Under the pieces are notes generated by a model. That model saw only the letters and a program-made list of their open reading frames with translations. It was not told the origin of the DNA and ran no database searches. A DNA stretch of 52,702 nucleotides from a bacterium (GTDB lineage: Bacteria > Krumholzibacteriota > Krumholzibacteriia > LZORAL124-64-63): positions 1-52,702 of the forward strand of contig JBDRBC010000437.1 of the NCBI GenBank assembly GCA_043823125.1, given 5' to 3'. A program made the translations under genes and the position numbers. Position 1 is the first letter of the stretch. The number at the start of each line of letters is the position of its first letter. Shown here in pieces: positions 18,539-27,804 of the stretch.

Positions 18539-18778
18539 TCAGCCATTCTTCGAGGCAGTGGTCGCGGGCTTGTCCGCCACCGCCGCAATTTTGGTCTCCT
18601 GCTCGGCGTGAACGCCGATCCGGTAGGCCAGCATCAGGATCGAGCCGACGAAATAGAAGACCAGGTACGAAATGACCGCCCGTTTCAGGACCATAAGCAG
18701 GGTGTGATTTCCCCAGAGCCCGGCGATCACCGCCACCAGGGCAGCCGCCAAAGCTATGGTGTTGACCAATCTCTGCAT
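18539..18778 (-). CDS. Small two-TM hypothetical membrane protein
   Basis: 79 aa with two hydrophobic helices and a GGAG RBS, located between flhF-like and fliA. Confidence 0.8.
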   Translation of the reverse strand: MQRLVNTIALAAALVAVIAGLWGNHTLLMVLKRAVISYLVFYFVGSILMLAYRIGVHAEQETKIAAVADKPATTASKNG

Positions 18779-18792
18779 CCGAGTGGCTCCAT

Positions 18793-19950
18793 CTAGGCTT
18801 CAGCAGCCTCGGCTGACTGAACCCCTTGGTGTTTCAGAATCAGGTCGGCCAGCAGTTCCGACTCGGCGAGGAATGGCTCCTGCTCCGGCCACGGTCCCAC
18901 CGTCCCCAGGGAAAACGGCAACTGCAATCTGCTCTGCAGGTCCAGGATCTTGCCGGGCCCCCGGCTACGGTCCAGTCGAGTCAGCACGGTCCAGTCGCAG
19001 TTCCAATGGCGAGCCGCTTCCCAGTACTTGCTCCCATTGATCAAATCGATGTCCAGCGGCACCACGAAATGCCGGTGAAACATTTCATTTTGCGCGATGA
19101 AGCATTGCAATTCGCCCGCTTCGAGGAATGCCGACGAGAACACGGAAGGTGTATCGATGAGGACCGCCTCGTATCGAGCCATATGCTCTGTAACGCGTGC
19201 AATTTGCTCTCCGTGCTTGATAATGGCGGCGTCGTAACTGTGTTCAGCTGCTTCCAGCTGGAGCCGCCTGACCTCGCCACCGTGTTTCGGTAGCAAATTC
19301 AAAACCAGAACATTGCGATCGGCCCGACGAAGCATGGCGGCCAGTGCCAGGATGAGGTCACTCTTCCCCGCAGCGTGATCTCCCAGGAAGACGTGACAGC
19401 CGCCAAAATTTTGCCAATCGCTCTGCCCGGCGTGGATGGAACCACGCAGGTGCTTCACGGCCGCGGGCAGATTGCTCTCCCCCCCTGCAACTTCTGCCGC
19501 GAAAGCGCTGGCCAGCCGCCGGACGCTCTCCAGGGACGCCCCGGCGGCGAGTAACGGCGTGGCCAGCGGGTACTCGTGCAGCTCGGCAGCCATCGCGTGA
19601 GCCGGGTGGTTCCGCCCCGCCAGTTGCTGGACGAGACGTTCGATGCGAGTCACTTCACTCTCGATCACCTTGACCAGATCGTGGGAACCTGTCTCGGATC
19701 GCGGTCTCACATCCGGCGCCGAAAGGGCAGACAGGGTTGGTTGCGGGCGGCCGGTTTCAACCAGGACCTCCACCATCTTCTCCTGGCCGAGTCCGGCTTC
19801 CTGCCGCTGGTGAATCGTCCGGCTCTGGACGATCCGCACTTCCTCGCCGTACCGCATCTGGGCTTCGCGGAGCGCTTCCTGCAGCGTCGGTGCGCGCACG
19901 GCCGCCTGGTTTCGCTTAGCCGACGGCCGACTCTTCCTGTTGGATTCCAT
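18793..19950 (-). CDS. flhF: FlhF-like SRP-family protein with degenerate GTPase motifs
   Basis: Follows flhA. FlhF-type N-terminus (APTLQEALREAQMRYGEEVRIVQSR). Motifs GDHAAGKS, LIDTPS and LTRLD. Confidence 0.8.
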   Translation of the reverse strand: MESNRKSRPSAKRNQAAVRAPTLQEALREAQMRYGEEVRIVQSRTIHQRQEAGLGQEKMVEVLVETGRPQPTLSALSAPDVRPRSETGSHDLVKVIESEVTRIERLVQQLAGRNHPAHAMAAELHEYPLATPLLAAGASLESVRRLASAFAAEVAGGESNLPAAVKHLRGSIHAGQSDWQNFGGCHVFLGDHAAGKSDLILALAAMLRRADRNVLVLNLLPKHGGEVRRLQLEAAEHSYDAAIIKHGEQIARVTEHMARYEAVLIDTPSVFSSAFLEAGELQCFIAQNEMFHRHFVVPLDIDLINGSKYWEAARHWNCDWTVLTRLDRSRGPGKILDLQSRLQLPFSLGTVGPWPEQEPFLAESELLADLILKHQGVQSAEAAEA

Positions 19951-22045
19951 CGGTCACCACCGTTCCTGCCGCCTGGACCCGGGCGGAGGCCGCAACCTCC
20001 GAATAACCCAGAACGGCCAAGTTTGGGTAAGTTGGTTCGATCAATCGCTTCATGAACAGTCGAATGGGCGACGGCACCATCAGTACCGGCGGATGCCCCT
20101 GCGCGTAAGCCTGGCGCAGGGTCGCATCGAGCTTGCCCAGGTATTCCTGGGTGAACCTCGGATCGAGGATCAGACCCCCGGTCTGATCCGAGTTCTGCGC
20201 TGCCCGCATGAACTGCTGCTCGGTGAAAGGATGCAGGGAGATGGCGTGGATCCTGCCGTCCGATTCGGTGAACAGACTGGAGATGGTCCTCGCCAGCGCC
20301 TCCCTGACTTTTCCCGTCAAGTAATCCGCGGTGGTGCTTGGCGTACAATGATTTGCCAGGGTCTCGAGGACGGTCGTGATGTCCCGGACCGGCACCCGCT
20401 CGTGCAGGAGCGAGCGCAGGACATTGTGGAGAATGTTGACCGGAACCTTGTCGGGAATGATCTCTTCCACCAGCGCCGGAGCGAACTCGCGAACCGACTC
20501 GCACAGATCCTTCACGTCCTGGCGCGACAGGATCTCGCCGGCGTTGCTGCGGATCACCTCGGAAAGATGCGTGGACAGAACGGCGGTCGGTTCCACCACC
20601 GTGTAACCTTCCATTTCGGCCGTCGTTTTCCGGTCGGGCTCGATCCAGACTGCCGGCAGATTAAATGCCGGCTCCACGGTCTGGATTCCGTCGATGGAAT
20701 CGCCGTCCGGAGTGGTGCACATGGCCAGCAGCCGATCCGGCAGCAAGGAACCACGCGCGATCTCTACTCCCTTGAGCTTGATGTTGTAATCGTTGGCGTC
20801 CAGTTGCAGGTTGTCCCGGACCCGGATGGGATGGATGAAGATGCCCAGTTCGGTCCCGAGCTGGCGCCGGATGCTGCCGATTCGTTGCAGCAGGTCGCCG
20901 GCCTTGGATTCGTCTACCAGGGGAATGAGACCGTAACCGATCTCCAGCTCCAGCCGGTCGGTGATGAACAGCTCCTCGCTCCAATCCGACGGCGCCTCCG
21001 CCACCGGCGGCAGGGAGGCTGCCAGGGCCTCATCCTCGGTCTCCTGGTCCAGCTTCTTCACCCGGTTTCCCACCACGTAAGCCAGGCCGGCGATGATACC
21101 GGCCAGGAGCAGGAACGGTATCGTCGGCAGCCCCGGAATGAGAGCGAACAGCACCAGGGTTCCCGACGACAGGAAGATGGCCTTGTTCTGCCGGAAGAGC
21201 TGCAGGGTCAAGACCTGTCCCAGGTTCATACTGCTCGACTGGCGAGTGACCACGAGACCGGCGCTGGTGGATACCAGCAGGGCCGGGATCTGACTCACCA
21301 GCCCGTCGCCTACGGTGAGAATGGTGAATCGGGCCAGGGACTCGCCGGCCTCCATGCCCATCTGGAGCATGCCGATGATGAAGCCGCCGGCGATGTTGAT
21401 CAGAGTGATGATGATGCCGGCGATGGCGTCCCCACGCACGAACTTGCTGGCACCGTCCATGGCGCCGAAAAACTCCGCTTCGGCAGCGATTGCCGCCCGG
21501 CGTGACCTGGCTTGCTGCTCGTCGATGAGGCCGGTGTTCAGATCGGCGTCGATGGCCATCTGCTTGCCCGGCATGGCGTCCAGGGTGAACCGCGCCGCCA
21601 CCTCGGCGATGCGGCCCGACCCCTTGGTGATCACCATGAAGTTGACGATGATAAGGATCACGAAAACGATGACGCCGATGACGTAGTTGCCGCCCACCAC
21701 GAAGTCGCCGAAGCTCTGGATGACCTGCCCCGCGGAAGCGTTGGAAAGGATGAGCCGGGTGGAAGCCACGTTCAGCGACAGCCGAAACAGGGTGACGATG
21801 AGCAAGAGGGACGGGAAGGCGGAAAAGTGCAGCGGCTCCTTCAAGTAGAGTGAGACCAGCATGATCACCACGCCGAAGGCGATGCTGAAGGTCAGCAACA
21901 GATCGAGTAGTAACGGCGCCACCGGCACCACCAGCAGCCCGAGAATACTGACCACCCCGATGGCGCTCAGCACGTTGGTGTTGGCCAGAATCAGATCGCG
22001 ATCGATGCCTTTTTCCTGCTTCAAGAAATCTCCTCGTCGCGTCAC
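19916..22045 (-). CDS. flhA: Flagellar export gate protein FlhA
   Basis: LFRLSLNVASTR, RIAEVAARFTLDAMPGKQMAIDADL and GDGLVSQIPAL. Confidence 0.98.
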   Translation of the reverse strand: MTRRGDFLKQEKGIDRDLILANTNVLSAIGVVSILGLLVVPVAPLLLDLLLTFSIAFGVVIMLVSLYLKEPLHFSAFPSLLLIVTLFRLSLNVASTRLILSNASAGQVIQSFGDFVVGGNYVIGVIVFVILIIVNFMVITKGSGRIAEVAARFTLDAMPGKQMAIDADLNTGLIDEQQARSRRAAIAAEAEFFGAMDGASKFVRGDAIAGIIITLINIAGGFIIGMLQMGMEAGESLARFTILTVGDGLVSQIPALLVSTSAGLVVTRQSSSMNLGQVLTLQLFRQNKAIFLSSGTLVLFALIPGLPTIPFLLLAGIIAGLAYVVGNRVKKLDQETEDEALAASLPPVAEAPSDWSEELFITDRLELEIGYGLIPLVDESKAGDLLQRIGSIRRQLGTELGIFIHPIRVRDNLQLDANDYNIKLKGVEIARGSLLPDRLLAMCTTPDGDSIDGIQTVEPAFNLPAVWIEPDRKTTAEMEGYTVVEPTAVLSTHLSEVIRSNAGEILSRQDVKDLCESVREFAPALVEEIIPDKVPVNILHNVLRSLLHERVPVRDITTVLETLANHCTPSTTADYLTGKVREALARTISSLFTESDGRIHAISLHPFTEQQFMRAAQNSDQTGGLILDPRFTQEYLGKLDATLRQAYAQGHPPVLMVPSPIRLFMKRLIEPTYPNLAVLGYSEVAASARVQAAGTVVTDGIQQEESAVG

Positions 22046-22068
22046 GCCGGACAGGTCGGCAATTCCGG

Positions 22069-23130
22069 CTAGGCCCGTTTCAGTCGATAGACGTAGGCCA
22101 GGATCTCGGCCACGGCCCGGTAGAGTGATTCCGGAATAAGGTCGCCGAGTTGAGCCTTGCGATAGAGCGCCCGCGCCACCAGCTTGTTCTCGATGATCGG
22201 CACCCGGCTCTGCCGGGCGATCTTCTTGATGGTCTGCGCCAAGCTGTCACACCCCTTGGCCACCACTCGCGGCGCCGGCTCGCCCGGCTTGTACCGCAAC
22301 GCCACGGCGAAGTGCTCCGGGTTGGTCACGACCACATCGGCCGTGGGGATCGCCGACAGCATCCGTCTACGCGCCATCTCCAGCTGGATGTGCTTGATAC
22401 GGGCTTTGATCTGGGGATCGCCGTCCAGGTCCTTCCGCTCCTGCTTCACCTCGGCGCGGGTCATCTTCAGGCTTTCCTCGTACTGATACTTCTGGAAGAT
22501 CCAGTCGATGACGGCCAGGACCATCACGAACACCAGCAGCTTGAAGATGAGCAGCAGGAAGATGTGCTTGCCCATATCGGTGATCACGTCCAGCGACATC
22601 AGCGGCGCGCTGATGATCCTGTGCACCTGGCCCTTGACGGTGATGAAGGCCAGGAACGCCAGGATGGCGATCTTCACCAGATTCTTGCTGATCTCGAAGA
22701 ACGCCTTCTTGCCGAAGAACTTCTTCATTCCGGTGAGGGGATTCAGCTTGCTGAACTGGAAGGACATGGCCTCGGTGCTGAAATTGAAGCCGATCTGCAG
22801 CAGATTCGCGGCCAGCCCCACGATCAAGATGCCAGCCACCATGGGCGCCAGCGCCTTGAGCATCTGCAGCATGTTGCCGCTGGCGATGTCGCTCAGACCG
22901 AACACATTGCCGGGGCAAAACATATGCGCCTGGGAAAAGAGGTACGAAGCATTACGCGTCAGGACTCCGGAAATATGTCCGCTGCTCAACAGCAACAGGG
23001 ACATGCCCGCCACCAACACGAAGAAACTGTTCACTTCCTTGCTCTGAGCGACCTGCCCCTTCTTGCGGGCGTCCTGCCGCCTTTTGGGGGTTGCTTGTTC
23101 TGTGCGATCGGCTCCAGAATTTTCCGCCAT
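22069..23130 (-). CDS. flhB: Flagellar export switch protein FlhB
   Basis: RTEQATPKRRQDARKKGQV, DGDPQIK and ADVVVTNPEHFAVAL. Confidence 0.98.
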   Translation of the reverse strand: MAENSGADRTEQATPKRRQDARKKGQVAQSKEVNSFFVLVAGMSLLLLSSGHISGVLTRNASYLFSQAHMFCPGNVFGLSDIASGNMLQMLKALAPMVAGILIVGLAANLLQIGFNFSTEAMSFQFSKLNPLTGMKKFFGKKAFFEISKNLVKIAILAFLAFITVKGQVHRIISAPLMSLDVITDMGKHIFLLLIFKLLVFVMVLAVIDWIFQKYQYEESLKMTRAEVKQERKDLDGDPQIKARIKHIQLEMARRRMLSAIPTADVVVTNPEHFAVALRYKPGEPAPRVVAKGCDSLAQTIKKIARQSRVPIIENKLVARALYRKAQLGDLIPESLYRAVAEILAYVYRLKRA

Positions 23131-23178
23131 GCTTCACCTCCTCTCCGTTGTCGGCTGACGGTCCACCCGCCGCCGGGC

Positions 23179-23973
23179 CTACATCAATGCCGTCAGCAAG
23201 CGCACCAACCGCTCTTCCATGTTCGCCCCCGCGGACAGGAAGACATCCTTGAAAAAAACCAGGGAAAGCCCGAAGGTCATCAAACCGGCAGCGATGCGGA
23301 TGGGGAACCCGACGATCAGGACGTTGATCTGCGGGACGGTCTTGACGATGACGCCCATGGTGGCGCTCACCAGCAGCAGCACTATGATACACGGCGCCGC
23401 GATGCGTAGACCGATATGAAAGACCGAGCCGAATTCCTTGAGCATGATCCAAGACGCCGCGCTCCCGTCCACCGGGGCGAACAGCGGCACGACGGTGCAC
23501 GACTGCACCAGTCCGATGACCACCGCATGGTGGGCGTTCACGGCGAAAAACAGGAGACTGCCCAGCAGATAGTAGATCTGGCCGATGACGGATATCCGCG
23601 CCCCGCTCTGGGGATCCACCGTGTTCACGATGGCGAAGCCCACCTGCACGCCCAAGACCTGGCCGGCGAACTTGACCGCCGTGAACGGCAGCCCGATGGC
23701 CAGGCCGAGCAGCATACCCACCAATACCGAGCGACCGAATTCCGCCACCAGCTCCGGCCAGCCGATGTGGAGATCCGCCAGCGACAGGTTGTGCGCCACC
23801 ACCGGCGCCGTGGCCAGGCCGATGACGCAGCCCAGCGCGATGCGCCAGGCGATGGGCACGCTCCGGTGTCCCAGAAACGGCAGGGTCACGCTCAGAATCG
23901 TGAACCGCAGCATCAGCACCGCCACGATGGCCAGATAGGTCAGCTGTACCTGGATCTCCAAAAGGTCCCCCAC
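23179..23973 (-). CDS. fliR: Flagellar export protein FliR
   Basis: Hydrophobic, with AGQVLGVQVGF and KTVPQINVLIVGFPI. Gene order fits. Confidence 0.95.
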   Translation of the reverse strand: MGDLLEIQVQLTYLAIVAVLMLRFTILSVTLPFLGHRSVPIAWRIALGCVIGLATAPVVAHNLSLADLHIGWPELVAEFGRSVLVGMLLGLAIGLPFTAVKFAGQVLGVQVGFAIVNTVDPQSGARISVIGQIYYLLGSLLFFAVNAHHAVVIGLVQSCTVVPLFAPVDGSAASWIMLKEFGSVFHIGLRIAAPCIIVLLLVSATMGVIVKTVPQINVLIVGFPIRIAAGLMTFGLSLVFFKDVFLSAGANMEERLVRLLTALM

Positions 23974-23974
23974 C

Positions 23975-24238
23975 TCACATGGCTGCTAGACGGTCGAAGA
24001 TGGAGACGGTGAAGCTGGTGACCTGGTTGATGATCCAGGGCAAAGCCAGGATCATGGTCACGAACACCGTGATGATCTTCGGCACGAAGGTCATGGTCAT
24101 CTCGTTGATCTGGGTCGCCGCCTGAAAGATGCTGATGAGCAGACCCACCAGCATGCCGGCCAGCAGCATGGGGCCCGCTACCAGCAGCACCGTCCGCACG
24201 GCTGACTGTCCGATCTCGATCACTGTTTCCGGAGTCAT
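23975..24238 (-). CDS. fliQ: Flagellar export protein FliQ
   Basis: GLLISIFQAATQINEMTMTFVPKI. Confidence 0.97.
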   Translation of the reverse strand: MTPETVIEIGQSAVRTVLLVAGPMLLAGMLVGLLISIFQAATQINEMTMTFVPKIITVFVTMILALPWIINQVTSFTVSIFDRLAAM

Positions 24239-24272
24239 GTCGCTCCTTCTCCCGGTGTCACCAACCCCGACG

Positions 24273-25064
24273 CTAGGTCTGAAAGGCCAGGACGAGGGAC
24301 TTGACCACCAGGAACCAACCGTCCACCAGCACGAACAGCAACACCTTGAACGGGAGGCTGATCAGGATGGGCGGCAACATCATCATGCCCATGGACATGA
24401 GCACCGAGGCCACGACCATGTCGATGATGAGGAAGGGAATGAACAGGATGAAGCCCATCTGGAAGGCGATCTTGAGTTCACCCAGCACGAAGCTCGGGAT
24501 GATCACCAGCATGGGCAGATCTTCGGGACTGTCCGGCGTCTCGGTGCTGGTCAGCTCTATGAAGAGCGCCAGCTCCTTCTCGCCGGTCTGTTGCAACATG
24601 AATTCCTTGATGGGCGCCTGAGCCAGGGCCAGTGCCTCGGACTGCTCGATCTCCTGAGCCAGGAACGGCTGCAACGCCTCTTCGTTCACCTGGTGGAATA
24701 CCGGCCCCATGATGATGAAGGTCAGGAAGAGGGCGAGTCCGATGACGATCTGGTTGCCGGGCATCTGGTGCGTGCCCATGGCCTGGCGCAGGAAGCCGAG
24801 CACGATGATGATCCGGGTGAAGCTGGTGAGCAGGATCAACATGGCCGGCGCCAGCGAGATGAGGGTCATCATCGCCGCGATCTGCAGCGCCACGTTCCAG
24901 CTCGCCGGGCTTTCGACCCCTTCGAAGGACACGGTCAGGGCCGGCGGCATTGCGGTCCCACTGTCCGGGGCGGTCGGATCCTGTCCCCAGGCCAAACCAC
25001 TGCCAAACAGCAACAACGACCCCACGGTCGCCATCAGTACCAGTCGTCTCGTGACCCTTGGCAT
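24273..25064 (-). CDS. fliP: Flagellar export protein FliP
   Basis: TSFTRIIIVL, IPFLIIDMVVASVLMSMGMMMLPP and LFVLVDGW. Confidence 0.98.
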   Translation of the reverse strand: MPRVTRRLVLMATVGSLLLFGSGLAWGQDPTAPDSGTAMPPALTVSFEGVESPASWNVALQIAAMMTLISLAPAMLILLTSFTRIIIVLGFLRQAMGTHQMPGNQIVIGLALFLTFIIMGPVFHQVNEEALQPFLAQEIEQSEALALAQAPIKEFMLQQTGEKELALFIELTSTETPDSPEDLPMLVIIPSFVLGELKIAFQMGFILFIPFLIIDMVVASVLMSMGMMMLPPILISLPFKVLLFVLVDGWFLVVKSLVLAFQT

Positions 25065-25119
25065 TCCCTGTCTCCTGCCATCATCGGCCCGTGCGCACTA
25101 TTCTTTCCAGAGGTCAAAA

Positions 25120-25135
25120 GGCAATGGCTATGCCA
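25120..25135 (-). promoter_or_regulatory. Sigma54 promoter of fliPQR-flhBA-flhF
   Basis: TGGCAT-AGCCA-TTGCC, with an IHF-like AATCAA element ~70 nt upstream in an AT-rich patch. Confidence 0.8.
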
Positions 25136-25318
25136 AGGGGGGCGCGTCGTTTCCCGGTGATGAGTTGTCGGCAGCAGTGGGGATCTGACTCGCTATCTTG
25201 TTGATTACTAATCAGTTGAGTTGTCTGCTAAAAGAATGCTTTGGATATGCGGGACCGGTTGTTCAGGCATGTGAAATGGAGTCGGCCGGGAACCGGCCAA
25301 AACATGGTCAGCTTCGGA

Positions 25319-25774
25319 TCAGCCCGCGGGAAGTTGCTCGCCGGCGGCGGGGGAATCCAGACGACCCATCGGGACGGTCTGGGCCGGTCGCACGAGACCG
25401 TTCAATCGGGTGAGTAGTCCGGGCAGCACGCCGCCGCCCCGGGCGTCCTCTGTCGACGCCGTGGCGGCATAGTCCGCATGGGGTTCCGTGCCGAGCAACA
25501 GCAGGGCCGACTCGTGGCGGTAGATGTAGTGCACCGTGTCCCGCAGCCGCAGAATCTGCACCTCCGCCCGATGACCGAGGGGCAGCACCCGCAACAAGAC
25601 GGCGTCCCCTTGCCGCTGCTTCCCGTGCCAGCGACCGAGCAGGCGCATGAACAGCACCAGCAGGGCGAAGACCACCAGGATACCCCCGACGGCTTGCCAC
25701 CAGGAGAAGCCGGCCAGCGGCCAGCTGCCGCCTCCCAGTTCCGTCAACGGTCCCGCTGTGGTGGCCAGGAACAT
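25319..25774 (-). CDS. fliO: Flagellar protein FliO
   Basis: One TM followed by LLRVLPLGHRAEVQILRL, located between fliN and fliP. Confidence 0.8.
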   Translation of the reverse strand: MFLATTAGPLTELGGGSWPLAGFSWWQAVGGILVVFALLVLFMRLLGRWHGKQRQGDAVLLRVLPLGHRAEVQILRLRDTVHYIYRHESALLLLGTEPHADYAATASTEDARGGGVLPGLLTRLNGLVRPAQTVPMGRLDSPAAGEQLPAG

Positions 25775-26205
25775 CAGAGGATCCTCTTCAGACGTTCGAC
25801 CCGGTTGAGCAGCTTGATGATCCGGATTGCGAAGTGATCGTCCAGGACCACCACCTCGCCGGTGGCAAGCAAGGCGTCGTTCACCAGGATATCTACCGGT
25901 TCGCTGGTCTGCTTGGACAGCTCCACGATGGAACCGGGCGACAGGTCGAGCACGTCCCGGAATTTCATGCGGGCGCGTCCGAATTCCACGGTGACCTTGA
26001 GATTCACATCCAGCAGCATCTCCAGATTCTTGGGATCGGCCACTGTGTCCTGCAGGTCCTGGGTCAACGAATTCGGTTCCGGAGTCGCCGTCCTCTCCTT
26101 GTCCACGGTGGGAATCGGCGACGCTTGGCTTGCTTCAGGATTATCTGTTTTGGCGGTACTGTTGTCGGTTTCGTCGAGCACGCCAATGACATCGTCTTCA
26201 GCCAT
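25774..26205 (-). CDS. fliN: Motor switch protein FliN
   Basis: SpoA domain LLDVNLKVTVEFG...GEVVVLDDHFAIRI. Confidence 0.96.
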   Translation of the reverse strand: MAEDDVIGVLDETDNSTAKTDNPEASQASPIPTVDKERTATPEPNSLTQDLQDTVADPKNLEMLLDVNLKVTVEFGRARMKFRDVLDLSPGSIVELSKQTSEPVDILVNDALLATGEVVVLDDHFAIRIIKLLNRVERLKRIL

Positions 26206-26208
26206 TAC

Positions 26209-27246
26209 TCACTCCTTGTTCATCCGCTGGGTCAATTTCACGGCCCGCTGCTGGTGAATCCTCCCGGCCTCACCGATGAAGACCAGCTTGTCGGCCACTT
26301 CCACCAGCATGGGACTATCCACCGGTTGCGTCAGGTGCAGGATGTCCCCTTCTCTCAACTGCGTGATCGTTTCCAGATTGGTCTCCATCTCGGCGAGTTT
26401 CACCACGATCTCGGTACTCGTGTTATTGAGCACATCCATGATGTGGCGTCGCTCCTGCCTGACCTCGTGCGGCGCCCGCATCTCCCGCCGTTCCTGGGGA
26501 TCGAAAACGTCACGTACGGGCGCGAAACTCGACATGGGGATACAGACGTCCAGGTCACCCGTCTGCATGTCCAGGGTGAACTCGAAGCTGAGCACCACCA
26601 GGGTATCGCCGGAGGCCACGCCGGCGATGTAATCGGCGTTGTTCTCCAGCACCACCAGCTCCGGGGTCACCGTGATCAGTCGGGAGCACGCCTCTTTCAA
26701 GACCTCCAGGAGTCGGGACAACAGTCCCTGCACGATGGTCCGCTCGATCTCCGTGTACTCCCGGAGATTCTCCTCGGGCTCCACGGCGCCACCCATGAGT
26801 TTCTTCACCAGGGTGTAGCAGAAGCTCAGGTCCAGATTGAGCACCGAGCGGCCCTGGAACGGCGGCATGGTGAACGTGGAGATACAGGTCGGTTTGGGCA
26901 GACGGTCCAAATATTCGCCACACGGCGCCAGGGTGACTCCCTTGAACTCCAGGGCGCTGTTGGCCCGGAACAGGTTCGTGAAGGAGATGGCCGCGGCCTT
27001 GGACAGGTTCTCGCCCACGCTGCGCAGATTCTGCTCGAAGATTCGGGAGATGTCGTGGGGCTGGGTGAAATCGAACGCCACTTCCACACCCGCGCCCTGG
27101 TCCAGTCCACTGGACTCGGCGTCGAGCAGATCATCCAGATCGTCGCCGAACGGATCTTCGCCGTCGTTCTGCTGCGCTTGATCTTTCGCGCCAATGATCT
27201 CGTCGTCAGACACGCCGTTTCCTCGCTGTGGCTCCGGGTCTGCCAA
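26209..27246 (-). CDS. fliM: Motor switch protein FliM
   Basis: FDFTQP, LMGG, REYTEIE and a C-terminal SpoA domain. Gene order fliL-fliM-fliN. Confidence 0.92.
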   Translation of the reverse strand: MADPEPQRGNGVSDDEIIGAKDQAQQNDGEDPFGDDLDDLLDAESSGLDQGAGVEVAFDFTQPHDISRIFEQNLRSVGENLSKAAAISFTNLFRANSALEFKGVTLAPCGEYLDRLPKPTCISTFTMPPFQGRSVLNLDLSFCYTLVKKLMGGAVEPEENLREYTEIERTIVQGLLSRLLEVLKEACSRLITVTPELVVLENNADYIAGVASGDTLVVLSFEFTLDMQTGDLDVCIPMSSFAPVRDVFDPQERREMRAPHEVRQERRHIMDVLNNTSTEIVVKLAEMETNLETITQLREGDILHLTQPVDSPMLVEVADKLVFIGEAGRIHQQRAVKLTQRMNKE

Positions 27247-27276
27247 TCGCCGGCGAACCGGCCGGCCGATCCGCTC

Positions 27277-27804
27277 TTACTGGATGACCAGTTCCGAGAA
27301 ATAGATGTCGCAGAGTGCCCCAGGCGGCAGCTTCTCGGCCAGCTTGCGCATGATCTCCGCCCGCGCCGCCAGATTGCCCTCCGGAGTTGTCAGTTCCCTC
27401 GCACGCTTGTTCGACAAGGCGAGTATCACGGTATCACGGAGCTGCGGTAAGCGGAGCATTACCTGGTCCGCCGCCGCCTGATCCACCACCTCGAGATTGA
27501 CCTCGATCCGCAGATAACTGGGGATGTCGTCATCGCTCTGCAAGGTGATGATGAGTTCCTCCAGTCCCACGATGATGCCCGGCTCGTAGTCCACCAGATC
27601 CTGCCCCGCGGCGTCGTTCATGGCGGCCAGGGCCGGATCCTGGAACTGCAATTTTGGCACGAGGACGAACTGGGTCAGACCGATGGCCAGCACGGCCTGT
27701 ACCACCACGATCACGCCGAGCAGCACGACCTTGTTCTCCAGCAGGCCAACCTTCTTCTCGCCCGATCCGGCGTCATCTTGTGCGTCCTGTTTCGCGTCAG
27801 CCAT
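27277..27804 (-). CDS. fliL: Basal body-associated protein FliL
   Basis: Single TM, PQLRDTVILALS and IYFSELVIQ. Confidence 0.93.
   Translation of the reverse strand: MADAKQDAQDDAGSGEKKVGLLENKVVLLGVIVVVQAVLAIGLTQFVLVPKLQFQDPALAAMNDAAGQDLVDYEPGIIVGLEELIITLQSDDDIPSYLRIEVNLEVVDQAAADQVMLRLPQLRDTVILALSNKRARELTTPEGNLAARAEIMRKLAEKLPPGALCDIYFSELVIQ

Noticed and set aside
19940-21505. Long plus-strand ORFs antisense to flhA (similarly 2475-3818, 22150-23409, 25834-27450, 45335-46498)
   Set aside because: Shadow ORFs produced by high-GC codon bias opposite clearly conserved genes, with no recognisable motifs.
22310-22330. FlhB NPEH instead of NPTH
   Set aside because: The Asn-Pro autocleavage site is intact and NPEH is a known natural variant.
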